From contig JAXGZQ010000003.1 in NCBI GenBank assembly GCA_040776905.1, positions 3,382 through 67,381 on the forward strand: a stretch of DNA of 64,000 bases. Direction: 5' to 3'. Of the stretch, positions 1 to 7,614 are shown in pieces. The stretch comes from Clostridia bacterium (GTDB lineage Bacteria; Bacillota; Clostridia; Saccharofermentanales; UBA5734). Below the pieces are notes generated by a model. It saw nothing but the letters and a program-made list of their open reading frames with translations. It did not search any database and was not told the origin of the DNA. How positions within the stretch are numbered: position 1 is the first letter of the stretch; each line of letters starts with the position of its first letter. The position numbers and the translations under genes were made by a program.

Positions 1-808
1 ACACGTCACGGACATTGGGATGCAGAAGCGCAATCTGTATGCCATACCATGTCTCGAGGAAAGAGACACAAATCTGGGAAACATCCTGTATTGTAATCGT
101 CTGTTCGGCGTGTTGGATGTACTTTTGGGGCAAATTTCGATAACCCACATTGTAAAACATGAGGCTATCTACACCCTTAACAATAAAAAAAGGAATAAAG
201 GAATATGCACCTTGAATTGGATCATTCACAATCGCGCCAACGTTTATAGGCATATCCGGTTCAGCCGCACGCAGTTGCTCTTCATAATCAGCAAAAATGA
301 CTACGCGGTAAGATACGACTTTTCCATTGACCATGCTCTTGGTTTCATCTACCACAATTCTGCAATCCATGAGCGGAATGGTCCCTGCAAAGAACAGGTC
401 TGATGGTATTGTGAGGTTCTCAGTACTTTTTTCCCATAACTTGATAAGCTGACTGTCCTGTTCTCCAGTTAATTTAATTACATCACTGGGGTACGAAGCT
501 GCGATATGAGACCAAACCTCATCACTTTCCTTATCGGATAATGCCTTCATCATTAAGTCGTTTAGAGCCGTGTTTTTAGGAGTTACACCATTCGCAGCCT
601 TAGCTTTTCGAAGCAGATTTGTACGGTCCTTGATCCCGTTTGGTTCGGGAGTTCTTGCTGCAGCTTCAAGCATCATCTGCCAGAATATGGTGTCAGGCAT
701 TTCGTCAAGAAGGGCTTTTACTTTTGAAAATTGCTCTCTCGTGAGAACTTGTGCCATATTAGACAGAAAATACTCCTGCATACCCGGCCTGTCATTTGTA
801 TCAATCAT
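1..808 (-). CDS. Hypothetical phage protein, partial (ATG at 808; 3' end lies beyond coordinate 1)
   Basis: I translated the reverse strand by hand from ATG 808-806. It reads MIDTNDRPGMQEYFLSNMAQVLTREQFSKVKALLDEMPDTIFWQMMLEAAARTPEPNG...LETWYGIQIALLHPNVRDV and stays open for all 269 codons to the window edge. The ATGA start/stop overlap with the upstream gene (stop 805-807) supports the start. It is missing from the ORF track because it is open-ended. I recognise no family. Confidence 0.55.
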   Translation of the reverse strand, partial: MIDTNDRPGMQEYFLSNMAQVLTREQFSKVKALLDEMPDTIFWQMMLEAAARTPEPNGIKDRTNLLRKAKAANGVTPKNTALNDLMMKALSDKESDEVWSHIAASYPSDVIKLTGEQDSQLIKLWEKSTENLTIPSDLFFAGTIPLMDCRIVVDETKSMVNGKVVSYRVVIFADYEEQLRAAEPDMPINVGAIVNDPIQGAYSFIPFFIVKGVDSLMFYNVGYRNLPQKYIQHAEQTITIQDVSQICVSFLETWYGIQIALLHPNVRDV

Positions 809-1215
809 CGAAAAACCACCTCGCAGGCTTCGTTGAAGTAGCGCATGCGGTAGCACTTCCACTCGGCTCTTTTGATTTCAGCCGCCATACCCGATGAGAT
901 GGTGTTTCCGAACACCCAAACCTCTGCGCACTTGCTCATCAGTGCATTCCCAAAGAACAGCCCGAGCTGGCGTTCAGCGGGATTATCGTCATCCAAAAAC
1001 TGAGGAAACAGCAAATGTGGTGCTATGGGGATGAACCCTTTGTCGACAGCAAACCGGCTGTAACGTTGTGCTGCCTTCACGTTTTGATCCACATCGCCTG
1101 AAAACCGAGAGCAGATGTAGACAATAGGTCTATGCACCTCTTCTTCACTAACGGATAATGTTTCGCCTGCGATTTGGTCGAAATAGCCATCATTGTCATT
1201 TTTATCAATGCTCAT
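805..1215 (-). CDS. DUF4406-like / nucleoside 2-deoxyribosyltransferase-like phage protein
   Basis: Track ORF 805..1227. I prefer ATG 1215 (MSIDKND...) because GGAGG (complement of 1221-1225) lies 5 nt upstream. PIVYICSRFSGD...PIAPHLLFP...WVFGNTISSGMAAEIKRAE resembles the Rossmann-like DUF4406/NDT-like family often found beside phage polymerases (from memory, not computed). Confidence 0.5.
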   Translation of the reverse strand: MSIDKNDNDGYFDQIAGETLSVSEEEVHRPIVYICSRFSGDVDQNVKAAQRYSRFAVDKGFIPIAPHLLFPQFLDDDNPAERQLGLFFGNALMSKCAEVWVFGNTISSGMAAEIKRAEWKCYRMRYFNEACEVVFR

Positions 1216-1258
1216 ATAGACCTCCAATCCGGGTAGTCATTTCGTCCACCACTATTAC

Positions 1259-1291
1259 TCAATGGAGCTGAAAATACGGTTTGAACGAAAA
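1259..1291 (-). promoter_or_regulatory. Copy A of a 33-nt conserved intergenic motif (candidate phage promoter/operator)
   Basis: The plus-strand text tcaatggagctgaaaatacggtttgaacgaaaa matches 5698-5730 at 29/33 positions. It lies between the polymerase stop (1295) and the next gene start (1215), about 45-75 nt upstream of that ATG on the coding strand. Confidence 0.45.
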
Positions 1292-1294
1292 CGC

Positions 1295-3235
1295 TCAATC
1301 TTTTTTATAGAAATTTGTCTCATAGCCGTCGGCGCGAAGTAGCAGCCCCTTTGCCCAAGGTGGCGTCCGGCCCATCTGCTCGCAAATGGCCTTCAGGGAA
1401 ACACTCGGATCCGCCTCAATCACAACTTCATCGTGGACATGCATGACGATGGCATTGTGCCGGAGGGTTTGCAGGGCACTGCAGAGAATGTCGCGAGCAG
1501 TCGCCTGGACAATGTTCTCCACGAACTTCGGTCCATATGAATCGATTCGTTCCCATTTCTTCGTGCTGCCTACGCCCTCGTAGGTGATGCACTGCCCGCC
1601 GAACTTGTTTTCACCAATTTTCGGCTTCACATAACAAAGCCGCCTTCCGGACGGAAGCGAAATAAAAAGCATCCCGCTCTGGCAAACAAAGCTGATCCCG
1701 TGCGTCGAGGTCATCCGCTTATACCGGACGGCTTCCGTTGCAGCCCTATCGACGTCCCACCAGAATTTCACGATGTGCGGATTGGCTTGCCGCCAGGCAT
1801 TTACCAACAGCGGGAGTTCATCTTCATCGAGTCCCATTTCAAGAGCGCCCATTGCTTTGAGCGCACCGACGGAACCGCCATAGCCGAGTGCCAATTCTGC
1901 AATCTTGCCTTTTTGACGAAGGTGACCGTTGATGCCATGTTTCTCGACCGGCACCTTGAACATCTGCGATGCGGAAGCGCAGTAGATATCATCGCCCTTG
2001 GCAAAGACATCCTGTCGCCATTGCTCGCCCGCTAACCATGCGATCACGCGGGCTTCGATGGCGCTGAAGTCTGAAACGATGAACCTGGTACCAGTTCCTG
2101 GAATGAAGGCCGTGCGGATAAGCTGAGATAGTGTGTCCGGCACATCGTCGTAGAGCATTTCCAGTGCTTCAAAGTCACCGGTTCGCACAAGTGCGCGTGC
2201 TTCAGCCAGATCCACCAGATGGTTCTGTGGGAGGTTTTGCATTTGGATGAGCCTGCCTGCCCAGCGACCAGTCCGATTCGCCCCATAAAACTGAAACATC
2301 CCACGAGCGCGGCCATCTGAACAGACCGCATTCGCCATCGCCTGATACTTCCGAACCGATGACTTGGCAAGCTGCTGCCGGAGGGCGAGCACATCCACGA
2401 GCTCTGGTGGTGCGGTTTTTATGAGTTCGGCGACAGCCTTCTTGCCGAGCGTATCGGTTTCCATACCATTGTCAGCAAGCCACAGTTTCATCTGCTGCAC
2501 TGAGTTTGGATTATCCAGCTCTGTCAGATATTTCATAGCGCTGGTAAGCTCCGAGCGTGAGCGACCATCCATCGCCATGGCCTCCTGCACCAATGTCATA
2601 TCCAGCGCCACGCCGCGGTCGTTGATCTCCTGGTCGAGGTGGTATTCATCCCAAACGCTATCCGGCACCGGGAACTTGGCGAGTCTTTCCTGAATGGACA
2701 TCTCCGACTCGACATCGCGGGCGTTATACTGCTTAAATGCCAACCATTTATCTGGCGCATGATGCGGGTAATTGCGGATGCGCTGCCCGTTGGATTGAGT
2801 TGGAGCACAAGGCTGACAGAAGAATTTGATCAGGTCCTTGCCTTCGGTGAGTTTCTGCTTATCCAGCTTAAGCACTGATCCGACGCCTTCCAGCGACAGC
2901 GGCAGTCCCATTGTTGCCGCCCACACCATTGAGCATCTCCAAGAAGCGGGGTCGATATATTCGCCGGTAGGCAGGCCAAGAAAACATGAGAGGCAGACAC
3001 GTTCAAAACTTGCGTTGAACGCCCATTTGGTCACGGCTTTATCCGTAAGCGCATCGATAACCTCACTAGGCAGCTTTTCGCCGTTGGCAAGGTCAACGAC
3101 CTGTACTTCGCTGCCGTCGATGCTGTAGCCGAATAGCAAAATCTCGAAATCCGGTGACTCGACATAGCGGTAAACACCTGCTTTGGCGAGATTGGTGCTG
3201 CTATAGGTTTCAATATCAATAGAGAGTGTTTTCAT
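1295..3235 (-). CDS. Family A DNA polymerase with N-terminal 3'-5' exonuclease domain (phage type)
   Basis: 646 aa. Exo I motif is SIDIETYS. Pol motif A is VSDFSAIEARV, motif B is RQKGKIAELALGYGG, motif C is VMHVHDEVV. Confidence 0.9.
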   Translation of the reverse strand: MKTLSIDIETYSSTNLAKAGVYRYVESPDFEILLFGYSIDGSEVQVVDLANGEKLPSEVIDALTDKAVTKWAFNASFERVCLSCFLGLPTGEYIDPASWRCSMVWAATMGLPLSLEGVGSVLKLDKQKLTEGKDLIKFFCQPCAPTQSNGQRIRNYPHHAPDKWLAFKQYNARDVESEMSIQERLAKFPVPDSVWDEYHLDQEINDRGVALDMTLVQEAMAMDGRSRSELTSAMKYLTELDNPNSVQQMKLWLADNGMETDTLGKKAVAELIKTAPPELVDVLALRQQLAKSSVRKYQAMANAVCSDGRARGMFQFYGANRTGRWAGRLIQMQNLPQNHLVDLAEARALVRTGDFEALEMLYDDVPDTLSQLIRTAFIPGTGTRFIVSDFSAIEARVIAWLAGEQWRQDVFAKGDDIYCASASQMFKVPVEKHGINGHLRQKGKIAELALGYGGSVGALKAMGALEMGLDEDELPLLVNAWRQANPHIVKFWWDVDRAATEAVRYKRMTSTHGISFVCQSGMLFISLPSGRRLCYVKPKIGENKFGGQCITYEGVGSTKKWERIDSYGPKFVENIVQATARDILCSALQTLRHNAIVMHVHDEVVIEADPSVSLKAICEQMGRTPPWAKGLLLRADGYETNFYKKD

Positions 3236-3256
3236 AATTGACCATCCTTTTATAAG

Positions 3257-3285
3257 AAACGGCGGTAAAGAAGTTCTCTACCGCC
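3257..3285 (-). terminator. 9-bp hairpin between the small membrane ORF and the polymerase gene (possible attenuator/terminator)
   Basis: acggcggta (3257-3265) pairs perfectly with taccgccgt (3277-3285). On the minus strand it is followed by TTTCTTAT, only a partial U-tract. Confidence 0.3.
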
Positions 3286-3296
3286 GTCCACAGTTT

Positions 3297-3470
3297 TTAC
3301 TTGAAGTCACACATCCGTTTTTCGTGATACTCTTTATCACGAGCTTCGCGCTCTTCGTCACGTTTTGTCCTCTTGCGATCGCTTCCAATGCTCTGAATCA
3401 TTGAGATCAGGAACGTGAAACACAGAGCTGAATATAATCCCAAAAGGATGTTTAGTAAAATCGTTGTCAT
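3297..3470 (-). CDS. Small membrane protein (57 aa), below the ORF-track cutoff
   Basis: Hand translation gives MTTILLNILLGLYSALCFTFLISMIQSIGSDRKRTKRDEEREARDKEYHEKRMCDFK*. That is one hydrophobic helix plus a charged tail. GGTGG lies upstream of the ATG (gggtggtaaaccaATG). Confidence 0.35.
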   Translation of the reverse strand: MTTILLNILLGLYSALCFTFLISMIQSIGSDRKRTKRDEEREARDKEYHEKRMCDFK

Positions 3471-3487
3471 TGGTTTACCACCCTTCC

Positions 3488-4063
3488 TTAAGACAGAAAG
3501 TCATCGTCATCATCTGTTGCGAAATCGGACTCGGCACTAACCTTGCCACCGAGAGGTTCGCCGTCGCGCACCTTCTGCAGGTTGTTCAGACCGCATGCGA
3601 TGCCCTTGTTGCCGTTGGAGTTGAAGGCGTAGAAACTGATGCTTGCTCTGCCATACACGCCGGAGTAAACCTCGGAACGGGTCAGAACAGGATTGCGGTC
3701 AGCATCCACGATGCCAGGAGCCGTAGCTGAATTGGCGTTGATGAAGTATGCATTGGAGTAAGCTGGATCGTCGGGGCGTTCAGAATCGCCATCCCTGAGC
3801 GGAGTTTTGATTGCCGCCATCGGTGGTACAGACTTACCGCTACCCTTGAGCTTGGATTCGCCCTCGTGGTAAGCAGCCTCAATAGCGGCCTTGATCTTCG
3901 CGACGGTCTTGGTGTCGGACTTTGGGATGATGAGCGAAACTGAGAACTTAGGAGTGCCGCCGCTGATACTCTTTGCCTCCCAGACATTAGCATAGCTCCA
4001 GCGGGTGTCGGGTCCGGTGATAACCTTCATTGGGTTGTTGACTTTGTTGGTGTTGTTATTCAT
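3488..4063 (-). CDS. DUF2815-family phage ssDNA-binding protein
   Basis: Track ORF 3488..4087. I prefer ATG 4063 (MNNNTNKV...) with GGAGGA 7 nt upstream. The acidic C-terminal tail DFATDDDDDFLS is typical of SSBs. The position between the DUF2800 nuclease and PolA is the classic module order. Confidence 0.7.
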   Translation of the reverse strand: MNNNTNKVNNPMKVITGPDTRWSYANVWEAKSISGGTPKFSVSLIIPKSDTKTVAKIKAAIEAAYHEGESKLKGSGKSVPPMAAIKTPLRDGDSERPDDPAYSNAYFINANSATAPGIVDADRNPVLTRSEVYSGVYGRASISFYAFNSNGNKGIACGLNNLQKVRDGEPLGGKVSAESDFATDDDDDFLS

Positions 4064-5195
4064 AATCGTTTTCCTCCATAAAATCATTTTTGGCTGTGTT
4101 CATGACCGGGCGTTTGTCGCTCTCCGGTACAAGAGTTGGTTTACCTTGCGGCTTTTCGATGTAGGCCGCGAGTAGTTCGTCAAAGCGGGATTTGCCGAGC
4201 AGCTTCTGCATGGCGGTGACACCGAGGACCTTGTGGTCATACGGATCAAAGCCTGCGCCACTTACTGTGTTGGCGACTGCTGTTTCATTGGTGTACTTGC
4301 GATTAGAGCGGCCTTCGACCAGCTTCCAACCGTTCCATTCCTTGCCGCTGATAGCCTGCTGCAGGGCATATTCCTTGATGTCCGTGGCCCATGCGACAAG
4401 GTCATCGACTTGGGTGAGGATTTCTTCGATTTCCTCGTCCGTGAGTAGCGGCGGCAGCTTGAAGTCATAGCGGGCGAGTGCCAAGTTGGCATCGGCTCTG
4501 GCGCGGCAGTCGTGCTTTGCTTTGCAGAAACCGCACCATTCACCACAGAGAAAGTTACCATTACCTGCGAAGGCGAGTTCGGCAGTAGGCTTGAGCACCT
4601 CGTCCGCCCAGCGGTATAGCTCATCTTTTGAGAGCTCATAGGTGCTGACGTTATCGCGTCGAGGCTGATAAATGGTCATGCGAACGGTGTCAATGTCGTA
4701 GATTCCGTCAAACAACTCTAGGGCACCAAGGCAGTAGCATTGTAGCTGTGAATTTTTATGAGAATTTACTAGAATGCCCATCCCGTGCTTGTAGTCGCAT
4801 ACATGGAGGGTACCGTCGGCGATAATGATGCAGTCTGCGGTACCGAAGCCGGACTCTACCCAGCGGGAAAAGTCCACACGCTGTTCGATCAAAACGACCG
4901 GGTCAGCGCAGTTTTGCTTGGCTGCTTCAACCTGTTCAAGAATGTAGGCGGCGTAGCCAGAAGCGTAGTCAGACATTTCTTCGCTGAACCAGGTGAGCTT
5001 TTCAGTAGGGTCCTTTGCCTCCATACCCAGCGCCTTCCGGAGCTTGTACTCACAAAGCTCGTGAGCGTCGGTGCCTTCGGCAGCGTAATTGCTGCCCTTA
5101 TCGTCGTAGCTCTCACAGAGCCGAGCCGAGGGCGGACAACGGAGCCAGCGTTCGGAGCTGGATGCGGAGAGAAGTGCGTGTCCTTTAGCTGGCAT
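4056..5195 (-). CDS. DUF2800-family PD-(D/E)XK (Cas4-like) nuclease
   Basis: 379 aa. N-terminus is LLSASSSERWLRCPPS. The nuclease core is DCIIIADGTLHVCDYKHG. A C-terminal Cys cluster, CGEWCGFCKAKHDC, is consistent with a Cas4-like Fe-S site. Confidence 0.8.
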   Translation of the reverse strand: MPAKGHALLSASSSERWLRCPPSARLCESYDDKGSNYAAEGTDAHELCEYKLRKALGMEAKDPTEKLTWFSEEMSDYASGYAAYILEQVEAAKQNCADPVVLIEQRVDFSRWVESGFGTADCIIIADGTLHVCDYKHGMGILVNSHKNSQLQCYCLGALELFDGIYDIDTVRMTIYQPRRDNVSTYELSKDELYRWADEVLKPTAELAFAGNGNFLCGEWCGFCKAKHDCRARADANLALARYDFKLPPLLTDEEIEEILTQVDDLVAWATDIKEYALQQAISGKEWNGWKLVEGRSNRKYTNETAVANTVSGAGFDPYDHKVLGVTAMQKLLGKSRFDELLAAYIEKPQGKPTLVPESDKRPVMNTAKNDFMEENDYE

Positions 5196-5496
5196 CGTTC
5201 AGTCCCTCCACATCTGCAAGCAGGGCCTTGTAGTTGGCTGGGTCAATGCTGGACAGCTTATCGGCACCGTGCTTCTGGAGCAGAGAGCGAATCTGAGCGG
5301 TGAATCCAGCGCGGGACTTATCCGCAAGAACTGCTCTGACCGCTTCCAACGTAAGCACCGGTTCGGTGGGTGTGGGCTCCGGAGTTGGTTCATTGCTGCT
5401 GAACTGCTCCGTTAGCCAATTTGCGGCTTCGTTAATAGCTGCAGCTGCGCTGCGTAGTTCTTCGATGGTCATGGCCATGTCGCTCATTTTGCTCAT
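5185..5496 (-). CDS. Hypothetical phage protein (103 aa) with a Pro/Thr/Glu linker
   Basis: Strong GGAGGA 8 nt upstream of ATG 5496. There is an 11-nt overlap with the DUF2800 gene start. No family recognised. Confidence 0.5.
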   Translation of the reverse strand: MSKMSDMAMTIEELRSAAAAINEAANWLTEQFSSNEPTPEPTPTEPVLTLEAVRAVLADKSRAGFTAQIRSLLQKHGADKLSSIDPANYKALLADVEGLNDAS

Positions 5497-5647
5497 GTGC
5501 TTTTCCTCCTTCCTTGGATTGGCTCTGTCCGGCGAGCAAGGTCAATTTTCTTGCTAACCGCATGGATACAACGCTGATCGCAGTGAGAACATCTACGAGC
5601 TCATCATCAGCAGCGCAGCTCCGTGGTCTTGTCTGTGCCTTTTGCAT
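5432..5647 (-). CDS. Hypothetical small phage protein (71 aa)
   Basis: Track ORF 5432..5701. I prefer ATG 5647 (MQKAQTRPRS...) because AAGGAGGTG lies 6 nt upstream. It overlaps the next ORF by 65 nt in another frame, so the true 3' end is uncertain. Confidence 0.4.
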   Translation of the reverse strand: MQKAQTRPRSCAADDELVDVLTAISVVSMRLARKLTLLAGQSQSKEGGKAHEQNERHGHDHRRTTQRSCSY

Positions 5648-5697
5648 TTCTTTCACCTCCTTGGAAGGAGCGATTGTCGTTTTGCTCTTTCCACTAC

Positions 5698-5730
5698 CCA
5701 ATGGAGGTGAGAATGCGGTTTGAACGAAAA
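5698..5730 (-). promoter_or_regulatory. Copy B of the 33-nt conserved intergenic motif
   Basis: The plus-strand text ccaatggaggtgagaatgcggtttgaacgaaaa matches 1259-1291 at 29/33 positions. It lies between the sigma-like gene stop (5792) and the next ATG (5647). Confidence 0.45.
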
Positions 5731-5791
5731 TCAGGAAAAAATATTTTCTCCGGCCACCAATTTGGGCAGCCGGAGAAAGATGGATAAGATA

Positions 5792-6319
5792 TTAGATGTA
5801 GTCGCGTAGAAGCTCACGCAAAGCGTCAAACGACTTTTTCTTTTTATAGTTGATGGTGGATTGCCGAGAAATTCCCATGATGGCAGCAATCTCTCGCTCG
5901 GACTTTTCCTGAAGCAGAAGCTCGCAGATGCGGCGACCGTCGGGATCGAGTTCGTCCAATTTGAAGATAAGTGTGTCAAGCAGTTCGCGATCCTCTAGGA
6001 TTGACTGAGCACCTGGAGCATCGTCCGCCAAGTCATCGAGCCAGCTCTTTTCGTTGCCGTCGTCGTCGGTCACGGTGTAATCAAGGGAAAGCTCATCTCC
6101 TGCCTTGTGAAAACGGCAGGTCCAGCAGTCCATATTACAGAGATAGCGCTTGTTTGCTGGGCAGACACAGCGGCCGTGCTCCTGTTGCCTGCGACGATAG
6201 GCATTGATATCGCGGTAATAGTTGTCGTAGTCGGCCTTGCTGACTGGCACCCACTGGTGCAGGTCCTTGAGGTAGATTTTGCGTTCGTTGGATTGGTTCT
6301 GGTTTGCATTGTTTGACAT
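5792..6319 (-). CDS. Phage sigma-70 region-4 / HTH transcription factor with a Cys-rich N-terminal half
   Basis: 175 aa. The C-terminal EKSEREIAAIMGISRQSTINYKKKKSFDALRELL is a sigma-70 region-4 type HTH. The N-terminal HGRCVCPANKRYLCNMDCWTCRFH is a putative zinc cluster. It is the first gene of the minus-strand phage block. Confidence 0.65.
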   Translation of the reverse strand: MSNNANQNQSNERKIYLKDLHQWVPVSKADYDNYYRDINAYRRRQQEHGRCVCPANKRYLCNMDCWTCRFHKAGDELSLDYTVTDDDGNEKSWLDDLADDAPGAQSILEDRELLDTLIFKLDELDPDGRRICELLLQEKSEREIAAIMGISRQSTINYKKKKSFDALRELLRDYI

Positions 6320-6322
6320 AAA

Positions 6323-6360
6323 AATTCCTCCGTTTGTCGTTGTCTCGAAACGGAGGAATT
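6323..6360 (-). promoter_or_regulatory. 13-bp perfect hairpin sequestering the Shine-Dalgarno of the sigma-like gene
   Basis: The minus-strand RNA reads AATTCCTCCGTTT-CGAGACAACGAC-AAACGGAGGAATT-TTT-ATG. The 3' arm contains GGAGGAA, 7 nt upstream of ATG 6319, and the 5' arm is its exact complement. Confidence 0.55.
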
Positions 6361-6667
6361 GAGCTGCTCAGCTGAAAAAGGCAATAAAAGCCCGACCGCA
6401 GTCCAACACAGATTTCTCCGTTTCGGATTGCAGCTTCCTGTTCAGTAGTCAGCTGTTTGATATTTGGTTGTTCGCCTCGCTGCGCTGAACCATCCGTGAT
6501 CAGTGGATGCACATCGAGGTGATTTCAAATGACAAGAGCGTTTTTTGTGACTTAAAAAGTGAGTTTATGACTTTTTATAAACAACATAGTCGGTAAGAGT
6601 AGATTTTCACCTTATGATGATATATAATTAGATAGTCAATACCCACGTCGGGAACACAGATGAGTAA

Positions 6668-6700
6668 CGCCCTGTCATCTATAATTAGAGTAACAGGGCG
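6668..6700. repeat. Inverted repeat CGCCCTGT / ACAGGGCG with a 17-nt AT-rich spacer
   Basis: 6668-6675 and 6693-6700 are perfect complements. There is no U-tract on either strand, so it is not a canonical terminator. It sits at the compositional junction. Confidence 0.5.
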
Positions 6701-6704
6701 CAAA

Positions 6705-6754
6705 GGGACTAAAAATTAGCCTTACATGGGACTAAAGGGACTGATCAAGGGACT
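6705..6754 (+). repeat. Four GGGACT hexamers (starting at 6705, 6728, 6737, 6749)
   Basis: Read directly: aaaGGGACTaaaa, catGGGACTaaa, GGGACTgatcaa, GGGACTttcac. The cluster lies immediately upstream of the first island ORF. Confidence 0.6.
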
Positions 6755-6763
6755 TTCACGGAG

Positions 6764-7591
6764 GTGATTAAAATCAACTTCTCTCAGTATTGCAAAAGAA
6801 TATATCCATATTGTCATCAGATATATAGCCAAGGTTTGTTTGTGAGTAAGTTGTTTGTAGCTGGTGGGAGTTCGTATTTTTCTACCTCGGTTAATGCTGA
6901 CAAGGAATATCAAAAGAAACTGTATAATGGCTCGAAACCGCTGACACAGAATCTTAAGGATTCATTCCTTGCAAATATTCAGTTGGACGCATTGGTTGGT
7001 ATGTTTGATAGGCATTTGATGGATGATAAGGTTCGTGAAGCAATGACATCATTTGCAATACCAGTTTCGCTCGAACCACAGAAAGGTACCTTTTCTCGAG
7101 CTCTAGCTCTTCAATTTAATTATCTTGTAAAGAATGAAGATAGTGATGTCGACGATATCGTGGCCATGGAATACCAAAGACTCCTCGCTGAGCCTGCCGA
7201 TGAAAAGCCTCAGTTTTTAGCTCCGTTGTATCCAGGTGATGGGGCATATGTTCTTGAATTTCTACCAGCACGGATTTATTCGAAAAAGTGTTATGAGCAA
7301 TTTGATCACACATGGATGATTCGCAATACCGGAAATCAGACTTGGCGTAGTCGAAAACTTGTTTTTATAAACAATGGCACTGTAAGACCGAGAACTGATA
7401 AGAACTCTATCGATATACCGGATGTAGCGCCGGGAAAAGACATAAAAATAACCACGAGCTTTGACACTCGTGGTTTTGAAGGACGTTATGAATGTTTATG
7501 GGAGATGCAGGATAGTGAGGGTAACGACTGCTTTCCAAATAACAAAAGGTTATTTAACGTTACAATAGATTCTAAGTTCGAAATTGAATAG
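6764..7591 (+). CDS. Uncharacterised protein with a C-terminal NBR1-like Ig (N_BRCA1_IG-type) domain; start uncertain
   Basis: 275-aa track ORF opening at GTG 6764. The C-terminal FDHTWMIRNTGNQTWRSRKLVFINNG...PDVAPGKDIKITTSFDTRGFEGRYECLWEMQDSEGNDCF fits the pattern of that family as I remember it. The N-terminal 170 aa are unrecognised. GGAGG 6760-6764 is too close to GTG 6764 to serve it. Confidence 0.55.
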   Translation: MIKINFSQYCKRIYPYCHQIYSQGLFVSKLFVAGGSSYFSTSVNADKEYQKKLYNGSKPLTQNLKDSFLANIQLDALVGMFDRHLMDDKVREAMTSFAIPVSLEPQKGTFSRALALQFNYLVKNEDSDVDDIVAMEYQRLLAEPADEKPQFLAPLYPGDGAYVLEFLPARIYSKKCYEQFDHTWMIRNTGNQTWRSRKLVFINNGTVRPRTDKNSIDIPDVAPGKDIKITTSFDTRGFEGRYECLWEMQDSEGNDCFPNNKRLFNVTIDSKFEIE

Positions 7592-7614
7592 ACACTCATT
7601 TGGAGGTTAATAAC

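Larger units (their letters stand above)
1..6540 (-). mobile_element. Early/replication end of a prophage- or ICE-like element, truncated by the left window edge
   Basis: Uninterrupted minus-strand block of phage-type genes: sigma-like regulator, DUF2800 nuclease, DUF2815 SSB, family A DNA polymerase, DUF4406-like. GC is intermediate between the AT-rich island to the right and the GC-rich core. No integrase or structural genes lie in the window. Confidence 0.6.

Noticed and set aside
20-836. Plus-strand track ORFs 20..403 (127 aa) and 570..836 (88 aa)
   Set aside because: Both lie antisense to a continuous 269-codon minus-strand frame that starts at ATG 808 with an ATGA overlap to the upstream gene. 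Their sequences are low-complexity or odd, and they lack an SD.
6135-6512. 125-aa minus-strand ORF overlapping the 5' end of the sigma-like gene
   Set aside because: It overlaps the sigma-like gene in another frame and crosses the SD hairpin. Only its first ~40 codons look protein-like, so at most it is a short upstream ORF. It is mentioned under the hairpin finding but not called.
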